Positions 26,634-32,000 of a DNA stretch of 32,000 nt are shown here, in pieces. Origin of the DNA: Psychrobacter sp. HD31 (GTDB lineage: Bacteria; Pseudomonadota; Gammaproteobacteria; Pseudomonadales; Moraxellaceae); assembly GCF_051097895.1 (NCBI RefSeq), contig NZ_CP142525.1:1890001-1922000 (forward strand). The letters run 5' to 3'. Numbering within the stretch: position 1 is the first letter of the stretch; each line of letters begins with the position of its first letter. The position numbers were made by a program, and so were the translations under genes. The notes under the pieces are model-generated. The model did not search any database. It was not told the DNA's origin and worked only from the letters and a program-made list of their open reading frames with translations.

Positions 26634-27164
26634 ATGAAAACCCTAATTTTATACTCAACCGTTGATGGGCAAACCAAAAAGATTTGCCAATATATTGCAG
26701 ACGAGGTAAAAGCAAATAGCAATAAAACAGTCGAAATGGCCATGCTAAGTGACTTTGCCAAACAACCAAATTTTGCTGATTATGATGACATCATCATAGG
26801 GGCGAGTATCCGTTATGGTAAACACCGTAAATATGTACAGCAGTTTATCGAGCAATATAAAACGGAGCTTGCGACAAAAAATACAGCCTTTTTTTCGGTC
26901 AACCTTGTTGCCCGTAAGCCAGAAAAAAATACTGCCACAACCAGCCCATATATGATTAAATTTTTGCAAACTACCGATTGGCAACCCACCCTTGCCGATG
27001 TATTTGCAGGTCAGTTAGATTATGCAAGATATGGTATTTTCGATAAAATAATGATTAAGTTTATTATGTGGGTAACTAAAGGTCCTACTAAAAGTGATAA
27101 ACCGATAGAATTTACGGACTGGCAACGTGTCAAAGCATTTTCTGACCAAGTAGCGGCTTGGTAA
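26634..27164 (+). CDS. hemG: Protoporphyrinogen IX dehydrogenase (menaquinone-dependent), HemG, flavodoxin-like
   Basis: MKTLILYSTVDGQTKKICQYIA...IIGASIRYGKHRKYVQQFIEQY...AFFSVNLVARKPEKNT...YARYGIFDKIMIKFIM...FTDWQRV is near-colinear with E. coli HemG as I recall it (MKTLILFSTRDGQTREIA...VIGASIRYGHYH...AFYSVNLVARKPEKRT...YPRYRWYDRFMIKLIM...YTDWEQV). 176 aa. Confidence 0.9.
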   Translation: MKTLILYSTVDGQTKKICQYIADEVKANSNKTVEMAMLSDFAKQPNFADYDDIIIGASIRYGKHRKYVQQFIEQYKTELATKNTAFFSVNLVARKPEKNTATTSPYMIKFLQTTDWQPTLADVFAGQLDYARYGIFDKIMIKFIMWVTKGPTKSDKPIEFTDWQRVKAFSDQVAAW

Positions 27165-27283
27165 CATATTAAAATCAACTTGGTTTGTAGTAAAATAAAC
27201 CAAATCGTAAACATGATATTACTAACCAAAATTTTAGTTTAATGACGACGGATGATGGTTATACAAAAGGATAAACATTAGTA

Positions 27284-28111
27284 ATGAGATTTTTAGAAAG
27301 TAAAAAAATAAGCTTTATTGGCGGTGGCAACATGGCTCAAGCCATGATTGGTGGTTTGTTAGCGAAAGGTTTTAAACCAAGCCTGATTACTGTAGCTGAG
27401 CCAAATGAAGCGGCGCGTAACAAGCTAGAAGAAAAAGGGCTAAAAACTGTTGATGCAGCAGTGAACCCAACTGCGGCAGTAGAAGGGGCTGATATTATTG
27501 TTTTGGCGGTTAAACCACAAATTATGGGGGCGGTTGTTGCTGAGTTTAAAGATGCTTTAACTGACCAATTGGTGATATCGATTGCAGCAGGCTTGCCAGT
27601 GAGTACCATATCAACCATGCTTGGTGGATACAAAACCATTGTGCGTGCCATGCCAAACACCCCTGCGATGCTGCAAATGGGCGCATCTGGGCTATATGCA
27701 CCAAGTGAGATAAGCGAAGAGCAAAAACAGTTAGCGCTTGCGGTTATGTCTTCTGCTGGTTTGGCATTGTGGGTAGAAGAAGAAGATCACCTACATGCAG
27801 TTACTGCGGTATCTGGCTCGGCACCGGCGTACTTTTTTTACTTTTTAGAAAACATGATAGAAGCAGCGGTAGATTTAGGCTTAACCCCAAAACAGGCATC
27901 TGCTTTGGCAATGCAAACCGCGCTGGGGTCTGCTCAAATGAGTATTGTGAGTGATACATCACCAAGTCAATTGCGTGAAAATGTGACTTCGCCAAACGGT
28001 ACAACGCACGAGGCAATCGAGTTTATGAAAGCGCATAAGGTCGGTGAACATATCCAACAGGCAATGAAAGCCTGTAGTGATAGAAGCATTGAGCTTAGTA
28101 AAGCGTTATAG
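27284..28111 (+). CDS. proC: Pyrroline-5-carboxylate reductase
   Basis: KKISFIGGGNMAQAMIGGLL...IVLAVKPQIM...VISIAAG......VRAMPNTPA....G......VSGSAPAYFFYFLENM..A.V.LGL....A......T..GSA.M.......P..LR..VTSPNGTT..A is colinear with E. coli ProC. Confidence 0.95.
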   Translation: MRFLESKKISFIGGGNMAQAMIGGLLAKGFKPSLITVAEPNEAARNKLEEKGLKTVDAAVNPTAAVEGADIIVLAVKPQIMGAVVAEFKDALTDQLVISIAAGLPVSTISTMLGGYKTIVRAMPNTPAMLQMGASGLYAPSEISEEQKQLALAVMSSAGLALWVEEEDHLHAVTAVSGSAPAYFFYFLENMIEAAVDLGLTPKQASALAMQTALGSAQMSIVSDTSPSQLRENVTSPNGTTHEAIEFMKAHKVGEHIQQAMKACSDRSIELSKAL

Positions 28112-28177
28112 TTTTAACTGTTAAACCCCTTTTTGCACTTAGCCAAAATTAAGTAATAAGAACTTGAGAACTAAAAG

Positions 28178-28750
28178 ATGACCCCATTAGCTTTTAACTT
28201 GCTGAGCATTGTGACCACGTTTGCAATGTTATTAATTTTTATTCGTTTTATGTTGCAGTTTGCAGGCATTAGCTCGCGTAACCCTTATGTAGAGCCTGCT
28301 TATAAAACAACTAAAATTGTTGATTTGTTTGAAAGCATTTTCCCTACTATTGGGCAGGGTCGTATTAGCCTTGCGGCAATCGCACTGATGTTTTTAATCC
28401 GTTTGGTTGATTTATCTGCCACTGCAGGTTTAGCAGGGCATGGCTTTACACCACTTGAGCTATTTTTTTCAGGTAGTTTAAGCCTTATTTTAGACTTTTT
28501 AGCAATGTGCCGTTATTTAATTATGGGCTCAATTATTTTAAGTTGGGTGGTAATGTTTACAAACTCTATGCATCCAATGATTGAAATCATCATGCAATTA
28601 GCCGAGCCCATTTTGGCACCGTTTCGTCGTTTGATTCCTAACATTGGTATGTTGGATTTATCGCCAATTATTGCATTTTTTGCTTTGGCATTGGCAGAAA
28701 GACTCGTTCGGTCTATTGCGGTTATGATTGCCCCAATGTTGGGTGGATAA
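28178..28750 (+). CDS. yggT: YggT-family integral membrane protein
   Basis: 190-aa multi-pass membrane ORF with duplicated YGGT-type halves (...IFIRFMLQF...; ...LSWVVMF...PILAPFRRLIPNIGMLDLSPIIAFFAL). It sits immediately downstream of proC, as in Pseudomonas (proC-yggT). Confidence 0.85.
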   Translation: MTPLAFNLLSIVTTFAMLLIFIRFMLQFAGISSRNPYVEPAYKTTKIVDLFESIFPTIGQGRISLAAIALMFLIRLVDLSATAGLAGHGFTPLELFFSGSLSLILDFLAMCRYLIMGSIILSWVVMFTNSMHPMIEIIMQLAEPILAPFRRLIPNIGMLDLSPIIAFFALALAERLVRSIAVMIAPMLGG

Positions 28751-28802
28751 AAGTAAATAGCTTGCTCAATGTCATCGCACAAAGGTAATAAAAGTAGTTG
28801 AT

Positions 28803-29960
28803 ATGAAGTTTATTCAAAACACGCCCTGTACTTTGGTTACAGGGTTTTTAGGTTCTGGTAAAACCACGTTAATTAACCAATTGCTTGCTTGTAAAAAAGC
28901 CGAAGCAAAATGGGGGCTATTGATTAATGAGTTTGGTCAAATTGGTATTGATGGAAAATTGATTGATGCAAGCGATGGCAATCAAGGGTTAGCAATACGG
29001 GAGGTCAGTGGTGGCTGTATTTGTTGTACAAGCCAACTACCACTGCAAATTGCACTGAGCCGTTTGCTTGCCGAGCACACGCCGAGTCGTTTGGTTATAG
29101 AACCAACGGGGCTAGCCCACCCTAAAGCATTAATAGAGCAATTATCTGAACCCCATTGGCAAACCAGTTTGAGCATGCAACTTGTTGTGTGTGTACTAAA
29201 TGCTAACCAATGGCAAGATATCCGCTATCAAGAGCATGATGGCTACCAGTCACATGTGCAATATGCCGATGTGGTGCTGATAAACCGTTATGAGGATATG
29301 AGTAAACCAATGCGTGAGCAACTCATCGACTGGATTATAGAGTATAACCCAAATGCTCAAATTGTATGGCACAGAAACACGGCTGATTGTATCAATAGGT
29401 TATATGCACAGATACAAACAGTCAGCCAAGTTATTTATCATGAACAACAAAAACAACGCCAGCAAGTGCGTATTTCACTTAATCCTTTATTAACAAACAC
29501 TGCTAACAATACGGTGAGCGTGGGTAATAATGGGCAATTTTTGCAACCCAAATTAGATGATGCCAATACAACTACAACTACAACCCAACCAACCAACGAT
29601 ACGGTAAATGAGGTGGTATCGTTACCTTATCGTTATCACGATTATCAACAGGGCATGAGTGTAGGGGGATGGCGTTTGCCAGCTAACTGGGTTTTTGAGT
29701 ATGGTAGTTTGCAACAATGGTTGTCTGCCATACCCAATTGGCAACGGATTAAGGGTGTTGTTAATACCGATGAAGGCTGGATGCGTTTTAATTTTACGCC
29801 AGATAGCTTAACCACGAGCCATTGCCCAGACCAATTAGAAAACCAATTAGAAATCATTTTGTTAGAGACGCATGCTGATAAACTCAGTGATGCAGATAGA
29901 GCAAAGGATTGGCAAACTTGGGATGCGCAGTTATTGCAGATGCGTTTATTTTCAGGTTAA
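28803..29960 (+). CDS. COG0523 (CobW/YjiA/ZigA-type) G3E-family GTPase, putative metallochaperone
   Basis: Walker A GFLGSGKTTLIN, the metal-binding CxCC motif GGCICCT, EPTGLAHP, and a CobW_C-like C-terminal domain (GWRLPANWVFEY...IKGVVNTDEGWMRFNF...). The interdomain linker is Q/N/T-rich. Confidence 0.85.
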   Translation: MKFIQNTPCTLVTGFLGSGKTTLINQLLACKKAEAKWGLLINEFGQIGIDGKLIDASDGNQGLAIREVSGGCICCTSQLPLQIALSRLLAEHTPSRLVIEPTGLAHPKALIEQLSEPHWQTSLSMQLVVCVLNANQWQDIRYQEHDGYQSHVQYADVVLINRYEDMSKPMREQLIDWIIEYNPNAQIVWHRNTADCINRLYAQIQTVSQVIYHEQQKQRQQVRISLNPLLTNTANNTVSVGNNGQFLQPKLDDANTTTTTTQPTNDTVNEVVSLPYRYHDYQQGMSVGGWRLPANWVFEYGSLQQWLSAIPNWQRIKGVVNTDEGWMRFNFTPDSLTTSHCPDQLENQLEIILLETHADKLSDADRAKDWQTWDAQLLQMRLFSG

Positions 29961-30062
29961 TGAAGCAATTTTTAGCAAACCGATAAAATATTACATCTCA
30001 CTGCTTATAATGGCTAATTAACCATTACTATAACCCGTTACTTTAGATACAGGAAAACAATC

Positions 30063-31001
30063 ATGAATCAGCAATTGCCGACTATTTCTATCATTGGTTT
30101 TGGGGCTTTAGGGGCGTTGTTTGCCAGTATTATTGCTAATCATATACCGTTTGAAAACTTGCGTATTGTGGCGGATGTAGAGCGATGCAAACGCTACACA
30201 GATAACGGATTGGCTGTAAATGGCAAACCGATAAAGCTTAATTATGTTACCCCTGAGCAAAGTCAATCATTAGTACCTGCCGACTTGGTGATAGTGTGTA
30301 CCAAGTATTATCATTTAGAGGCAGTTATGCCGTTAATACAAAGCCAAATAGGGGATAACACCCTGATTGTATCTGCTTTAAATGGTATTAGCAGTGAGGC
30401 AGTGCTTGCCGATGCGTTTGGTAAAGACAAAGTGGTGTATTCGGTTGCACAGCAAATGGATGCCAGAAAAGAGGGCAATCAGCTAATTTACCGTGATGCA
30501 GGGCAGTTGGTTATTGGGGCAATGACAAATGAGCCCACCGACATAACCAATGTTGAGCGTGTGCGAGATATATTTACCCAAGTGCAGCTCCCCCATAGTG
30601 TTAGTGCAGATATGCCAAAAAATTTGTGGGGTAAGTTGATGCTTAACACGGGCGTTAACCAAACGGTTGCTTTTTATGAAGGCACGTTTGATACGGTACA
30701 AGAAGTAGGTGAGCCTCGTGAGATGTTTAAAGCTGCCATGCGAGAGGTGATGGCGATTGCTAATGCTGAGGGTGTTGCCTTGGGTGAGGATGATTTTAAT
30801 CAGTGGGTAACAATTATGGATAATTTAGACCCAACAGCGATGCCATCGTTAAGGCAAGATTTAAAGGCAGGGCGAGACTGTGAGGTGGAGCTGTTTGCAG
30901 GGACGATATGCAAGTTAGGTAAAAAACATGGTATCGCCACGCCAGTGAATGATACTTTATATGAGGGTATTTATAAGCTGATGGAAAAAAATAGAGGTTA
31001 G
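30063..31001 (+). CDS. panE: 2-dehydropantoate 2-reductase family protein (ApbA/PanE)
   Basis: N-terminal Rossmann motif ISIIGFGALGALFAS; ...VIVCTKYYHLE...ALNGI...; LWGKLMLNTGVNQ; C-terminal ...PSLRQDLKAGRDCEVELFAG.I..LGKKHGIATPVNDTLY matches the ketopantoate reductase pattern (SM.QD...GR.TE.D...G). AGGAA lies upstream of the ATG. Substrate assignment is at family level only. Confidence 0.7.
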   Translation: MNQQLPTISIIGFGALGALFASIIANHIPFENLRIVADVERCKRYTDNGLAVNGKPIKLNYVTPEQSQSLVPADLVIVCTKYYHLEAVMPLIQSQIGDNTLIVSALNGISSEAVLADAFGKDKVVYSVAQQMDARKEGNQLIYRDAGQLVIGAMTNEPTDITNVERVRDIFTQVQLPHSVSADMPKNLWGKLMLNTGVNQTVAFYEGTFDTVQEVGEPREMFKAAMREVMAIANAEGVALGEDDFNQWVTIMDNLDPTAMPSLRQDLKAGRDCEVELFAGTICKLGKKHGIATPVNDTLYEGIYKLMEKNRG

Positions 31002-31005
31002 AGGA

Positions 31006-31092
31006 GTAGGTCGGGTTAGCGTAACCCGACTACGCATAGAGTATCAAATTAAAATATATCGAGTTATGCTCGTTTTCTCACTTATATGACCT
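31006..31092 (+). repeat. ~87-bp REP/MITE-like repeat, copy A (9-bp perfect stem GTCGGGTTA-GCG-TAACCCGAC)
   Basis: GTAGGTCGGGTTAGCGTAACCCGACTACGCATAGAGTATCAAATTAAAATATATCGAGTTATGCTCGTTTTCTCACTTATATGACCT. It begins 5 nt after the panE-family stop. It aligns with copy B at 31598-31689 (~80% identity by eye, in direct orientation). Confidence 0.7.
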
Positions 31093-31180
31093 TGTTTACT
31101 TTATTGTTTTCGGTTTCCTTGTATTGAGCAAGATGTTTGGTTAGACTGGTTTTGTTTTTTAAGTGATTTAAGGAGTTAGT

Positions 31181-31564
31181 ATGTCTCATAAGGTATTTCT
31201 TGGATTTGCGTTAGCGTCGTGTTTATTGTCAATAAGTTGTTTTGCTTCTGGTTCTTCTACCACTGAGAGTGCTCAAGTTGCTGAGCTTAACACCAGTGAT
31301 ATGATGTTGATTGAAAAAAATAAAGCAATGTTAAATATTGATGGTGTGGATTATAATTTTGATAGCTATATTAAGCTATTCCAACAACCGTATTATGTTA
31401 GCGTTTCTAGAGTGGATGGCAAACCAATGACTAGAGAAGTGGCGACAAAAGTTGCTACGGAGTATATCAAGCCAAGGGGTTGTACTGGAATTTTGGAACG
31501 TGATGCAAACCTTGATCAGAGCAATGCAGATAATTCTAAATGGATTATTGGTTTTTTGTGTTAG
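31181..31564 (+). CDS. Hypothetical small secreted protein or lipoprotein
   Basis: Strong AAGGAG lies 6 nt upstream of the ATG. Signal peptide MSHKVFLGFALASCLLSISCFASG, with a possible lipobox LASC. 127 aa with no family I recognise. Confidence 0.6.
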   Translation: MSHKVFLGFALASCLLSISCFASGSSTTESAQVAELNTSDMMLIEKNKAMLNIDGVDYNFDSYIKLFQQPYYVSVSRVDGKPMTREVATKVATEYIKPRGCTGILERDANLDQSNADNSKWIIGFLC

Positions 31565-31597
31565 TAAATGATAAATCCACACAATATTACCAGTAAA

Positions 31598-31689
31598 GTA
31601 GGTCGGGTTAGCGATAGCGTAACCCGACGAATGGAGTATTAAATTAAGATATGTCGAGTTACGCTCGTTCCTCTCTAACACGACCTACG
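31598..31689 (+). repeat. ~92-bp REP/MITE-like repeat, copy B, with 8-bp terminal inverted repeats
   Basis: GTAGGTCGGGTTAGCGATAGCGTAACCCGACGAATGGAGTATTAAATTAAGATATGTCGAGTTACGCTCGTTCCTCTCTAACACGACCTACG. The termini GTAGGTCG...CGACCTAC are inverted repeats. It has the same 9-bp stem as copy A with a 6-nt loop expansion, and a second small hairpin CGAG-TTACG-CTCG. Confidence 0.7.
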
Positions 31690-31699
31690 TTATAGGAGT

Positions 31700-32000
31700 T
31701 TAAGAAATACACAATGGTTTAAGTGTTGGCGTATAAAAGTAGACAAACTCTAATCCATCAGGTAGCAGTTCTTGTAATTCTTTATCTGGGAAAGTCTGCT
31801 GCATAATTAAGAATTTTTTAGGCTCTAATGTGATTGCTTTTAATGTAGAAAAGGCAGGTTCATTTTTATAGACAAGCTGCATACCATTTGTTGTAGGTTT
31901 TAAAGTGTATGTTTCTTTCTCTGTTTGGCGGTAGGTTTTGGTTTCTGCATTACATTTAAAACGATAGTTATGAGTGAGGTTGCCTTTAAAATTAATTACG
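31700..32000 (-). CDS. Hypothetical protein, C-terminal part (the 5' end lies beyond the window)
   Basis: The track ORF 31700-31882 stays open upstream in the same frame to the window edge (...VINFKGNLTHNYRFKCNAETKTYRQTEKETYTLKPTTNGMQLVYKNEPAF...). The real gene therefore probably starts outside the window. No family recognised. Confidence 0.45.
   Translation of the reverse strand, partial: VINFKGNLTHNYRFKCNAETKTYRQTEKETYTLKPTTNGMQLVYKNEPAFSTLKAITLEPKKFLIMQQTFPDKELQELLPDGLEFVYFYTPTLKPLCIS

Noticed and set aside
26634-27164. hemG (flavodoxin-like) as a third electron-transfer component of the gltB-like/diflavin reductase cluster
   Set aside because: It is near-colinear with E. coli HemG, which has a well-defined role in haem synthesis. 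It is separated from the reductases by a good terminator. The adjacency is most simply coincidence.
27180-27203. Hairpin TTGGTTT-GTAGTAAAAT-AAACCAA after hemG as an intrinsic terminator
   Set aside because: It is a 7-bp all-weak stem with a 10-nt loop and no following T-tract. Confidence is too low.
28751-28802. Zur or Fur operator upstream of the COG0523 GTPase
   Set aside because: There is no palindromic AT-rich box in the 52-bp spacer. Nothing supports metal regulation from sequence alone.
31376-31681. 101-aa minus-strand ORF overlapping the 3' half of the small secreted-protein gene and repeat copy B
   Set aside because: It is antisense to an ORF with a strong SD and signal peptide, and it starts inside the repeat element. 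It is a typical shadow ORF.
1-32000. Genomic island, mobile element or defence locus
   Set aside because: I saw no integrase, transposase, tRNA attachment site, phage, restriction-modification, toxin-antitoxin or CRISPR signatures. The gene order is that of a conserved core block. The only mobile-looking items are the two ~90-bp repeats near 31 kb.

Overview
This is an AT-rich gammaproteobacterial chromosomal window. Gene order and the Q/N/T-rich low-complexity linkers suggest Moraxellaceae/Pseudomonadales, but the taxon is inference. It is almost entirely core housekeeping genes. In order: slt (partial, runs off the 5' edge), miaB, a LysE-family exporter, mltG-tmk, ponA divergent from pilMNOPQ-aroK-aroB and a DamX-like SPOR protein, then a glutamate-synthase large-subunit gene, hemG, proC-yggT, a COG0523 GTPase, a ketopantoate-reductase-family gene, a small secreted-protein gene bracketed by two copies of a ~90-bp hairpin repeat, and a partial ORF at the 3' edge. 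I saw no tRNA/rRNA, CRISPR, transposase, integrase, phage or recognisable defence genes. The stand-out is 17.3-26.5 kb. The GltB-like protein is unusually long (~1850 aa). It has a ~100-aa insertion before the FMN domain, a ~215-aa C-terminal tail with no domain I recognise, and an atypical Cys spacing at the 3Fe-4S site. It is not followed by gltD. The gltD slot of the otherwise conserved ponA|pilMNOPQ-aroKB-gltBD block holds two tandem CysJ-like diflavin (flavodoxin-FAD-NADPH) reductase paralogs, and no cysI is nearby. The paralogs are mosaic: a 357-bp tract is near-identical (3 mismatches) inside otherwise strongly diverged genes, and a strong terminator lies between them. My working hypothesis is a GltD-independent NADPH glutamate synthase fed by a diflavin reductase. 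This is inference and needs genome-wide and biochemical checks.
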